Part shown: positions 17,522 to 25,148 of the stretch, one piece after another
How positions within the stretch are numbered: position 1 is the first letter of the stretch
Layout of the letters: the number at the start of each line of letters is the position of its first letter
Virus record (IMG/VR): IMGVR_UViG_3300046501_000460
Coordinates: 23,575-87,574 of that record
Strand: one strand, 5' to 3'
Origin: a virus
Length of the DNA stretch: 64,000 bases
Notes under the pieces: generated by a model
Database searches by the model: none
Told to the model about the DNA's origin: nothing
What the model saw: only the letters and a program-made list of their open reading frames with translations
Position numbers and translations under genes: made by a program

Positions 17522-19138
17522 TTAAAAGACTACGGTCTTGATGCTGCCGCCGAACACGACACGCTTCACGCTGCCGTCGAAGGTGACGCGCTTCGTGCCG
17601 CCGGCGAAGGCGACACGCTTCGCGCCGCCGTCAAAGACGACTTTCTTTACGCCGCTGCCGCCGAACGTCACGACGCGCGTGCCGCCGCCAAACACGACCA
17701 CCTTGGTGCCGCCAGCGAACGACACGACGTGCGTGCCGCCAGCGAACGTGACCCAGTGCGCTTTCGTGATTGACGCCTTGTCGATCGTGACGGGTGGGAT
17801 CGCGCCAGCGAGGAATGCGGCCAGCACGTCGGTCGCGGCAAGGCTGTCGCTGGCGCTCGCGATCGCGGTCAGCAGCGAGCTCGTCGCGTCGGTCACGGTC
17901 ACGCTGTCGGCGCGCGTCGCGCTGGCGCTGCCGGCCGCGACGGCCTGATCGATCAGCCCCAGGCTGTCGATGTAGGCGGCAGCGGCCTGCGCGGCCGACG
18001 TGGTCGAATCCGACAGGCTCAAGCTGTCCGTGCGCGTCGCCGTGCCGGCGGCGCTGCTCGAAGCGCTGTCGTTCAGGGCAAGCGTGTCGACGAGGGCTGA
18101 CACGGCCTGCTGCAGGCTTGCGAAGGCTTCAGACGCGCTCAGGCTGTCGCTGGCAGCTGCCAGCGCCGAGAGCGCGCTGGAGACCGCGTCGCCGAGCGTG
18201 AGCGTGTCGGCCGCGGCGGCGGTGTTCGTTGCGGCCGCGCTGCCGCTCTCCGCGGCGGACAGGATGTCGGCCACCTGCGCGGCGCTAAAGTACGTGGCGC
18301 TGGTCAGGTCGGCCGCCGTGATGGCGTCCAGCCAGGCGGCACTGGTCTCAGTGCTGGGCGAGAACGCCGATGTGCGGCGGAAGCGCGGCCTGAACAGCTG
18401 CCACGGGTTGTCGGCCAACGACACCATCTCCGAATCGGCCAGCGTACGCCGCCATACTGCAACAAGCATCAGCGCGCCCGTACTCCATTGCTGGGCGCTG
18501 GTGACCCGCGCGCCTACGCTAATTGGTATGCCTATTCCCGGCGTCTTCATCGTGCCGCTACTGTATGTCGCGGTAGCCATGACACCGTTCTGGAAGCAGG
18601 CAGTTCGTCCGGGCATCGCGGTAGCGCCCATGGTGAATCCGCGCGACAGCTCTGTTACCGTCAATGCCGACGATGCCGTGACATTGCCGAGCAAGGCGGA
18701 CATGGCTGAATTGAACGGAAGGAATTCGACCTTGCCGTTGGCAACTCGAAACTGGAAATAGCGCTCCGAGCTGTTATCCATGTCAATCGCGCTCTGCGTG
18801 ACAGAGGCAGAGCCGCATGTGCCAACCGCAAACAGGCTGTAATTAGGCGAGGTGATAGCGCCGTTCGATGCCAGCGTGTACATTGGGTTGCTGCCGGTCG
18901 GGCACCCTCCCGTACCCTGCGGCGTGTTTGACTGCTTGCCAGCCGAGTAAGCCACATTGTTCATTGAGACGGCAGAGCCAGAACCGTCGAGAGCCGTCAC
19001 AAACCCGTACGCCTGGTCCGCGTGCATCAAGCATACGGTCATGTCTTTCGTGATTGGGTTGTCCCAATCAATCGATACAGCCTCCCCGGGGAGAGGCTGT
19101 GTCGTTCTTACGCGGCGCCTGGAAAACGGTGCAGTCAT
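17522..19138 (-). CDS. Putative virion fibre: N-terminal LamG/ConA-like lectin domain, 20-aa repeats, C-terminal 9-aa repeats
   Basis: IDWDNPIT...IGAR...VW.R.L.D.E..L..NPWQ; periodic DxL repeats; V.F.GG repeats. Confidence 0.7.
   Translation of the reverse strand: MTAPFSRRRVRTTQPLPGEAVSIDWDNPITKDMTVCLMHADQAYGFVTALDGSGSAVSMNNVAYSAGKQSNTPQGTGGCPTGSNPMYTLASNGAITSPNYSLFAVGTCGSASVTQSAIDMDNSSERYFQFRVANGKVEFLPFNSAMSALLGNVTASSALTVTELSRGFTMGATAMPGRTACFQNGVMATATYSSGTMKTPGIGIPISVGARVTSAQQWSTGALMLVAVWRRTLADSEMVSLADNPWQLFRPRFRRTSAFSPSTETSAAWLDAITAADLTSATYFSAAQVADILSAAESGSAAATNTAAAADTLTLGDAVSSALSALAAASDSLSASEAFASLQQAVSALVDTLALNDSASSSAAGTATRTDSLSLSDSTTSAAQAAAAYIDSLGLIDQAVAAGSASATRADSVTVTDATSSLLTAIASASDSLAATDVLAAFLAGAIPPVTIDKASITKAHWVTFAGGTHVVSFAGGTKVVVFGGGTRVVTFGGSGVKKVVFDGGAKRVAFAGGTKRVTFDGSVKRVVFGGSIKTVVF
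17525..17757 (-). repeat. Degenerate 27-nt (9-aa, xVxFxGGxK) tandem coding repeat, ~9 units
   Basis: WVTFAGGTH VVSFAGGTK VVVFGGGTR ... RVVFGGSIK TVVF. Confidence 0.9.
17806..18340 (-). repeat. Degenerate 60-nt (20-aa) coding repeat, ~9 units
   Basis: AAAADTLTLGD.. / AAASDSLSASE.. / ATRTDSLSLSD.. / ATRADSVTVTD.. spaced 20 aa apart. Confidence 0.85.
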
Positions 19139-19614
19139 TACGTGTACTGCTGCATCGCCGGCAGAGCCTTGAGCACCCAGCCCGAGTTCATCGATTGTGT
19201 GCTGCGGTTGATCAGGTAGACGTTGTAGATGACCGGGAATAGCTCACACTCGCCCGACTGGAACAGCAGGGCGGTATTGGCGACCGGCGTTTTCGGAAAC
19301 ACGAAAACGGCCTTGCGCATCGTGAACGGGATGATGCTCGCCCCTGCCGTGGTGTCGATGTCCGCGTAGTTGGTGCCGTCCAGCGACGGCACCAGATATA
19401 GGTCAGCCATGGTCGTCACGTTGGCGGTGATGCCCGTGATGGCGCTGACGGCCGCCGACAGCGAGAACGTTACGGCAAGCATATCGGCCGCGTTGCCGTT
19501 TGCACGGCAATCCAGTTTGGTGGTGGCCAGTACAGCCGAGCCGGAGGCTGCAGATGAGCCGCTGGACTCCAGCGTCAGGAGGGAACCTTCCTGCCATTTC
19601 ATAACGCCGGCCAT
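19138..19614 (-). CDS. Putative virion beta-sandwich protein
   Basis: TAATG coupling; LYLVPSLDGTNYAD. Confidence 0.7.
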   Translation of the reverse strand: MAGVMKWQEGSLLTLESSGSSAASGSAVLATTKLDCRANGNAADMLAVTFSLSAAVSAITGITANVTTMADLYLVPSLDGTNYADIDTTAGASIIPFTMRKAVFVFPKTPVANTALLFQSGECELFPVIYNVYLINRSTQSMNSGWVLKALPAMQQYT

Positions 19615-20060
19615 TATTCTTCACTCCATGCGGCAAGGATTTCGCTGTTGGATGGCGCCGGAATGCCTAGCTTCTCGACGCGGCTGGCAGGGATCGTCGC
19701 TAGCGCGTACAGGCCGTCGACCTCTTCCTGCGTTGCGATTTCGTGCTGAACCCAGGCTCGCAGCATGGCCTGCAGCCGCGGATCTTCCAGATGGATCGGG
19801 TCGCCGCACGCGAACGAGTCACGGATGACGAGGCAAGCGGCCCGGCACGGGTTGCTCGTGTCCAGGCTGGCGTCATAAATTTTGGCGTAGGGGCCCATTG
19901 CAGCCCACGCTTTAGCGGTGGTCGAGCGCAGGGGGCCGACCATGCTGAACGACTGCGCCGTCAGCAAGTCGTAAACGCGCTGCGGGTCGCCCGGAAGATG
20001 TTCGGCATAGCCGAGTCCTTCCGGGTCATTCCTCAGCTCAGAGGCAAGCAGGCTTTGCAC
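19614..20060 (-). CDS. Hypothetical protein of fibre module
   Basis: L..EL.NDP.GLGYA; GTG start with AAGGAG RBS. Confidence 0.75.
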   Translation of the reverse strand: MQSLLASELRNDPEGLGYAEHLPGDPQRVYDLLTAQSFSMVGPLRSTTAKAWAAMGPYAKIYDASLDTSNPCRAACLVIRDSFACGDPIHLEDPRLQAMLRAWVQHEIATQEEVDGLYALATIPASRVEKLGIPAPSNSEILAAWSEE

Positions 20061-20063
20061 GAC

Positions 20064-20243
20064 TCACTCCTTGATGCGGATCTCGTCTTCCGCGAAGAGA
20101 CGCTCGTGAGGCTCGCCGTCGGTGCCCACGTAGGCAACCCTGTACTTCACCTCGCCATCGACGATTTCCGGACCGACGACCTTGCCCTCGATCGGGGAGA
20201 TGTTCTGGACGACGTCGTCGTCCGCTTTGAATGCGACAGGCAT
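20064..20243 (-). CDS. Small SH3-like protein (59 aa, MPVAFKADDDVVQ...RLFAEDEI)
   Basis: TAAGGAG RBS; below ORF-track cutoff. Confidence 0.7.
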   Translation of the reverse strand: MPVAFKADDDVVQNISPIEGKVVGPEIVDGEVKYRVAYVGTDGEPHERLFAEDEIRIKE

Positions 20244-20252
20244 GTCGACTCC

Positions 20253-20834
20253 TTAGATGGACAGTTGATACGAGACGGTCAGCGTGCCGCCGTTGCTGAC
20301 CACCTGGTCGCCGCCGGAGAACAGGCCGGCACTGACCAAGGTGCCGGCGGTGCCGTCCTTGGTCGAGCTGGTGGTCACGAGCGAACCCTTGACGGTGCCG
20401 GCGCCGGTGAAGTTGAACGACGCGGCGGCGCTCATGGCCTTCGTGCGGCTGCCGGCGCCGCTGCCGGTCGCGGCCGACCAGCCGATCGACGGACGGGCGG
20501 TTTGCGAGAAGGTTGGCGCGTTGGTGCCGCCGGCTTCGGTCCACGTGGGATGTGACGCCATCGTGTCACCGGCAACGGGAGCCGACGTGTAGCTGACCGA
20601 GCTGATCAGGCCGAGGTAATGTGCGGCCGTATAGCCCGAACCGCCGAAATACTTGTCGAGGATGTCCTTGGCGCCGGCGTCGGTGACGAGGTTGTCGTAG
20701 CTTTCGGACCAGATCAGCTCACCGTCTTCGTAATAGCGCGCCTCGTAGTGTCCGTGCACCGGGGCGCAGTCGCCGTCGGCGGCGTGAGTGCCGGCCGCGG
20801 CCGTCGTGTTCGATTTGATGTTGAGGGAGTCCAT
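20253..20834 (-). CDS. Putative virion fibre/filament subunit (193 aa)
   Basis: AAGGA RBS; NLVT.AG, YLGLI, DTMASH..WTE, GTLTVSY; Gly/Ser/Thr/Ala-rich, beta-type. Confidence 0.7.
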   Translation of the reverse strand: MDSLNIKSNTTAAAGTHAADGDCAPVHGHYEARYYEDGELIWSESYDNLVTDAGAKDILDKYFGGSGYTAAHYLGLISSVSYTSAPVAGDTMASHPTWTEAGGTNAPTFSQTARPSIGWSAATGSGAGSRTKAMSAAASFNFTGAGTVKGSLVTTSSTKDGTAGTLVSAGLFSGGDQVVSNGGTLTVSYQLSI

Positions 20835-21039
20835 GGCGATCCTTGCGAGGAGAAGTGCAGGCCCCGCAAACGAACGCGCAGACCATGCCAGAATGCAATA
20901 ATTCTGGCATGCTTCTTGCCTGAAGTAAAGAAACAACTGATCCTTGTCAAGGAGGTATTGATTCGAGAAAATATTTTGACAGCGCACTAAAGTTTGCCTT
21001 AACCTGATGTTCCCTTTCCCTACAGAAAAAATCACAACC
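20835..21039. promoter_or_regulatory. AT-rich divergent promoter region with inverted repeats
   Basis: + strand TTGACA 20976-20981 with TTAACC/TAACCT 17-18 nt downstream; - strand TTGACA 20950-20945; IRs at 20884-20911 and 20941-20953. Confidence 0.75.
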
Positions 21040-21888
21040 ATGTGGCTCAAGAACGCAACCATCTACGGGATCTCCCCCAAAGCACAATTCCCCATCGAGC
21101 AGCTGCAGGCTGCTCGATTCGTTCCTGTCGACAGCCTGCAGCTGCAGTCGGTCGGCTTCTCGCCAGTCCGCGAGGGCGAACTTGCCTACAGGCAAGGTAA
21201 GCACATCCTGCTGCGTTTCACGATCGAGAAGAAGCACATCCCGGGCTCGGCCGTAGCTGTGCTGGTGGAAGACAAGGCCGCGGCGCTGGAGAAAGCGCAG
21301 GGCTTCCCGCCGGGCAAGAAGGCGCGCAAGGAGCTCAGGGAGCGTGCGATCGACGAACTGCTGCCGCGCGCGCTGTCGACCCGCCGCACGACGCAGGTCT
21401 GGATCGACCAGGACCAGCACCGCATCGTGATCGATTCGGCCTCGAACTCGACCTGCGACGAGATCATCAAGGCGATGATCAAGCTGTTCCCGACGATCGA
21501 GTTCCAGGACGTCAGCTGGCCGCGCGCCAAGGTCGTGACGGCGTGGGTGGCCGACGAGGAGCCGGACGACTTCACGATGGACGATTCGGTCGTGCTGCAG
21601 TACCCGGGCGAGAAGGGCAAGCGCGTGAAGTTTGAACGCGCGACGGCGCAGGGCGCGGACGTGATCAACCACCTGACGGCCGGCGCCCACGTCGACTCGG
21701 TCGCCATGACCTTCTCCAGCCGCCTGTCGTTCGTCATGACGGACAACATGCGCATCCGCCGCATCAAGGCGCTGGACATCGTGCAGGAGGGCCGCGACGC
21801 TGAGAACGACGACCGCTTCGACAGCGACGTCGCGCTGATGACGCGCGAACTGGGCTGCCTGATCGACGCTCTGGTGCGGGAGGCGTGA
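21040..21888 (+). CDS. rdgC: Recombination-associated protein RdgC
   Basis: MWLKNATIY, S.GF.P, EKK..PGS.V, ELLPRA, RFDSD.ALM..EL..L. Confidence 0.92.
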   Translation: MWLKNATIYGISPKAQFPIEQLQAARFVPVDSLQLQSVGFSPVREGELAYRQGKHILLRFTIEKKHIPGSAVAVLVEDKAAALEKAQGFPPGKKARKELRERAIDELLPRALSTRRTTQVWIDQDQHRIVIDSASNSTCDEIIKAMIKLFPTIEFQDVSWPRAKVVTAWVADEEPDDFTMDDSVVLQYPGEKGKRVKFERATAQGADVINHLTAGAHVDSVAMTFSSRLSFVMTDNMRIRRIKALDIVQEGRDAENDDRFDSDVALMTRELGCLIDALVREA

Positions 21889-22196
21889 TGGGCATCCGTA
21901 AAATTGGGCCCGTGACCGAGGTCACGCCCGGTCAGTGGATTCTGCAGACCCCGCTGCTGAACGACCACCTCGTGTCCGAGCCGCGCGAGGTTATCCGCCG
22001 CTCCGGCAAGCGCATCTACTATCGCAACCGCCACGGAGAGGACGATGGCACCTACTGCAGCATCGCGACGGTAGTGGCCCTGTGCGACACGAAGGCGGAT
22101 GCGGACACCGTGTACGCCGTCAGCAAGTCGCAGTTCGATGCCCTGCGCGCGGTGCGTCACGACCACCTCGGCCGTCTCAAGGCGCTGGTCGCATGA
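21888..22196 (+). CDS. Hypothetical protein
   Basis: TGATG coupling. Confidence 0.75.
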   Translation: MGIRKIGPVTEVTPGQWILQTPLLNDHLVSEPREVIRRSGKRIYYRNRHGEDDGTYCSIATVVALCDTKADADTVYAVSKSQFDALRAVRHDHLGRLKALVA

Positions 22197-23560
22197 CCGC
22201 GTACTACAACGAATTCAACCCCGCGGCGGCCGAGTGGCTGCGCAACCTGATCGCAGAAGGCCTGATCGCGCCGGGCGTGGTCGACGAAAGGAGCATTGCC
22301 GATGTCACACCCGGAGACCTTGCCGGACTTGACCAAGTACATTGGTTTGCCGGAATCGGAGGCTGGTCCCTCGCTCTCCGACTTGCAGGCGTCCCTGATA
22401 GCCGTCCAGTCTGGACGGGCAGCGCGCCTTGCCAGCCTTTCTCCTCGGCAGGCGCAGGCGGCGGGTTTGATGATGAGCGGCACCTGTGGCCCGCTCTCTT
22501 CCACCATGTCAGCGTCCGACGACCTGCAGAAATCTTTGGAGAGCAGGTTGCAAGCAAGCCTGTCGACCTGTGGATCGACGCTTTACAAGCTGACCTGGAA
22601 AGCGTGGGTTACGCCGTCGGGGCGGTTGCGTTCCCGTCTGCGGGCTGTGGCGCACCGCACATCCGAGACCGCTGCTACTGGGCTGGCCGGCTGGGTAACG
22701 CCGACGTCACGCGACTGGAAGGATTCGGGAGCGGACATTCGACCCCGCTCGGACAATGGCAAGGCTCGACTGGACCAGCTGCCACGCCAGGCGAACCTGT
22801 GTGGCTGGCCGACGCCGATCGCGAAGGAGGCCAAGGCGGGTCTGCACTGCTCGAATCAGGTGACGGTGAGCATGGCGGCCCAACTGGTTGCGGACGGTCC
22901 GGCCCGGTTGCTGGTTTCTGGCGAGACGCTGACTGGCTCAGTTGCCGGGACGGCAAGTGGCGGCCAGTTGAACCCATCCCACAGCAGATGGTTGATGGGC
23001 TACCCAAAAGCCTGGGACGATTGCGCTCCGAACAAACCCACGCGTTCGCGAAAGAGGTGATGGAGTATGCCGAGGCCTGCGAAATCGACGCCAGAGAAGC
23101 GCTGCACAATGTGTGGATGTCGCTTGCAGAGGAGACGCTTCGGCGAACGTCTGGAGGACTTTCAGGCGTTCATGAAGCGCCAGTTTTGCTCGCTTTCCTG
23201 CGCCAACTCGCGTACGAAGGGTGGGACGTCGCGCAGGGCTTACCAAGCCCAAGCCCGCAAACTCCGGAAGGAGGCCTGCGAGTGTTGTGGGAGCGTGAAG
23301 CTGCTGCACGTGCATCACATCAACGAGGACTGGTCGGACAATCGTCCGGAAAACACGCAGACGCTGTGCGTGTTTTGTCATCAGTTCTGGCACGCCACAC
23401 ACAGGCGTGCTGGGGTGAAGCCTTCGACCGCCATGCCTCCGATGCCGTTCCTCTCATCGGTGACGCAAGGTCTCGGGTGATTCGTCTGCACGGCTACGGC
23501 AACGCCATTAACCCGTACGCCGCGGCCGCCTTTCTCAAAGCATTTTACGGAGTAAACTGA
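22193..23560 (+). CDS. DNA (cytosine-5) methyltransferase, alpha polypeptide, with ~140-aa insertion
   Basis: Motif [41 protein letters not shown]; no motif IX in this frame. Confidence 0.92.
   Translation: MTAYYNEFNPAAAEWLRNLIAEGLIAPGVVDERSIADVTPGDLAGLDQVHWFAGIGGWSLALRLAGVPDSRPVWTGSAPCQPFSSAGAGGGFDDERHLWPALFHHVSVRRPAEIFGEQVASKPVDLWIDALQADLESVGYAVGAVAFPSAGCGAPHIRDRCYWAGRLGNADVTRLEGFGSGHSTPLGQWQGSTGPAATPGEPVWLADADREGGQGGSALLESGDGEHGGPTGCGRSGPVAGFWRDADWLSCRDGKWRPVEPIPQQMVDGLPKSLGRLRSEQTHAFAKEVMEYAEACEIDAREALHNVWMSLAEETLRRTSGGLSGVHEAPVLLAFLRQLAYEGWDVAQGLPSPSPQTPEGGLRVLWEREAAARASHQRGLVGQSSGKHADAVRVLSSVLARHTQACWGEAFDRHASDAVPLIGDARSRVIRLHGYGNAINPYAAAAFLKAFYGVN
22302..23060 (+). CDS. Overlapping +1-frame methyltransferase beta polypeptide (motif IX)
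   Basis: GAAAGGAG RBS 8 nt before ATG 22302; WVTP/WPTP..RD repeats; [16 protein letters not shown] matches motif IX. Confidence 0.8.
   Translation: MSHPETLPDLTKYIGLPESEAGPSLSDLQASLIAVQSGRAARLASLSPRQAQAAGLMMSGTCGPLSSTMSASDDLQKSLESRLQASLSTCGSTLYKLTWKAWVTPSGRLRSRLRAVAHRTSETAATGLAGWVTPTSRDWKDSGADIRPRSDNGKARLDQLPRQANLCGWPTPIAKEAKAGLHCSNQVTVSMAAQLVADGPARLLVSGETLTGSVAGTASGGQLNPSHSRWLMGYPKAWDDCAPNKPTRSRKR
23067..23480 (+). CDS. HNH endonuclease overprinted within the MTase alpha gene
   Basis: GAGGTG/GGAG RBS; CxxC...FCSLSC; CECCG...[25 protein letters not shown]. Confidence 0.88.
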   Translation: MPRPAKSTPEKRCTMCGCRLQRRRFGERLEDFQAFMKRQFCSLSCANSRTKGGTSRRAYQAQARKLRKEACECCGSVKLLHVHHINEDWSDNRPENTQTLCVFCHQFWHATHRRAGVKPSTAMPPMPFLSSVTQGLG

Positions 23561-23902
23561 ATGACCGCCGGAATCCTGGGCCCCTGTGCCCGCCGCGTTG
23601 TCCGCTGCACCCTGATCACGCCCGGCGGCCACGCCATCATCGGCGAGAACTGGTGCATGAACCCACAGCCCGCGTGCCCGCGCGCCGAGGGCGAAGGGTA
23701 CGAGAAGTGCCAGACGATCTGCCATCAGGTCGGCCACGCCGAGGAAGTCGCGGTGCTGCTGGCCGGGCCGTCAGCGGTCGGTGCCCACGCCTATGTCGAG
23801 AACCACACGTACGCCTGCCGCAACTGCCAGGAAGTCCTGTTTGCTGCCGGCGTCGCCGCGCTGACGATCGGCGCGCCACCTGATCGGAGGGAAGATGTTT
23901 GA
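23561..23902 (+). CDS. dCMP-deaminase-like Zn deaminase
   Basis: HAE and Y.CRNC motifs. Confidence 0.8.
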   Translation: MTAGILGPCARRVVRCTLITPGGHAIIGENWCMNPQPACPRAEGEGYEKCQTICHQVGHAEEVAVLLAGPSAVGAHAYVENHTYACRNCQEVLFAAGVAALTIGAPPDRREDV

Positions 23903-24119
23903 CAACGAAATTTTCAACGCAGGCCTGCACCATGTGGTTGCGGGTCTGCCGGGCGCGCTGTTGCTGTGGATCGGCGTCTGGATGGGGCGCCGCTCGCGCG
24001 ACATCGAAGTCCACGGCTACAGGCTGACGAACAGGTTCCTCGAGAACCTCGCGGTCATGAACGCGAAGATCGCGGACAAGGCACTTGCCGAGATCAGCAA
24101 GTCGCGGAAGGATACTTGA
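23895..24119 (+). CDS. Small membrane protein
   Basis: One hydrophobic segment; GGAGG RBS. Confidence 0.7.
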   Translation: MFDNEIFNAGLHHVVAGLPGALLLWIGVWMGRRSRDIEVHGYRLTNRFLENLAVMNAKIADKALAEISKSRKDT

Positions 24120-24553
24120 TGCCCTCGACCCCTGACTTCAACGTCGCCCGGGATCTCGAAAAAGTGCGCGCCTTAACGGCGCGCATTTCGTATCCCCACT
24201 GGATGCATCGGCCCGGGACCTGGACGTGGACGCGCCCCGACGGCATGTCGCAGGGCTTCTCGTCGATGATCTACACCCAGCCTGGCCTGTGCAATCTGCT
24301 GTGGCTGGCGATGGATCTGGACCGGCCGCCCGAGGCGTACAACGCGCTGGCCAACCCGCTGTACATGCTGCTGGTGGTCAATCGCGATGCGAAGCTGCGC
24401 GGCGAGCCGCTGACGGATATGGCGGCCCTGCTGACGCTGCGCCAATTCCACGACCTGCTGCCGGAATCGACAGCGGCCGTGAACCCGGTCGAGCACGCCT
24501 ACCCGCTGCTACGACTGCTTGCGGAAAGGAGGCTCGATCATGCTCACCCTTGA
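24119..24553 (+). CDS. Hypothetical protein
   Basis: TGATG coupling, AAGGA RBS. Confidence 0.75.
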   Translation: MPSTPDFNVARDLEKVRALTARISYPHWMHRPGTWTWTRPDGMSQGFSSMIYTQPGLCNLLWLAMDLDRPPEAYNALANPLYMLLVVNRDAKLRGEPLTDMAALLTLRQFHDLLPESTAAVNPVEHAYPLLRLLAERRLDHAHP

Positions 24554-25148
24554 GCAGGCGCAGGCTGCTGGACTGCGGCGTTTCTTTACGGGTCAGCCCT
24601 GCCGTAATGGCCACGCCGCAGAGCGATATGTCGCTGGCGGCGCATGCGTGCAGTGTGCAGCGGTTCGAATGGCGAAAGCGTCAAAAAAGTGGAAGGACGC
24701 ACATCGAGAGTTGATGCGCCAGGCCAGCAAATCATGGAGGGGTTCCAATGCAGATAAGGTGAGGGCGACCAACGCTGCCTGGGCCGCTGCGAATCCGACC
24801 CTGAAAGCCGAGATGCACAGGGCCTGGCGAGAAGCTAACCCGGAGTATCACCGTCGATACTCTGCCGCACGCCGTCAAAAGCAGTCCGAGGATCAGCTGT
24901 CACGAGGCATCGTGGAGAGACTGTGGCAGCTCCAAGCTGGCCGCTGCGCCTGCCCCTGCCGGCAGCACCTGCTGCGGAATGATTTTCACATTGACCATAT
25001 CGTCGCGCTCTCCCGTGGCGGGCGGAACATCGACAGCAACGTGCAATTGCTAACTCCGGAATGCAACCTGAAGAAGTACAACAAGGACAATTCGGAATTT
25101 TTCGTTGAGCAGGCTGCGAGATTCGGAGGGCGGCATGCTCACACTTGA
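24540..25148 (+). CDS. HNH homing endonuclease
   Basis: FFTG.PC..GH...RYV..G.CV.C; HIDHIVALSRGG.N..SN.QLL...CN. Confidence 0.9.
   Translation: MLTLEQAQAAGLRRFFTGQPCRNGHAAERYVAGGACVQCAAVRMAKASKKWKDAHRELMRQASKSWRGSNADKVRATNAAWAAANPTLKAEMHRAWREANPEYHRRYSAARRQKQSEDQLSRGIVERLWQLQAGRCACPCRQHLLRNDFHIDHIVALSRGGRNIDSNVQLLTPECNLKKYNKDNSEFFVEQAARFGGRHAHT

Noticed and set aside
17525-17757. 27-nt tandem repeats resembling a CRISPR array
   Set aside because: Degenerate, in-frame coding repeats with no unique spacers and no cas genes
23027-23449. Group I intron or intein explanation of the MTase insert
   Set aside because: No intein termini in the alpha frame and no room for a ribozyme core outside the HNH ORF; only RT-PCR can fully exclude splicing
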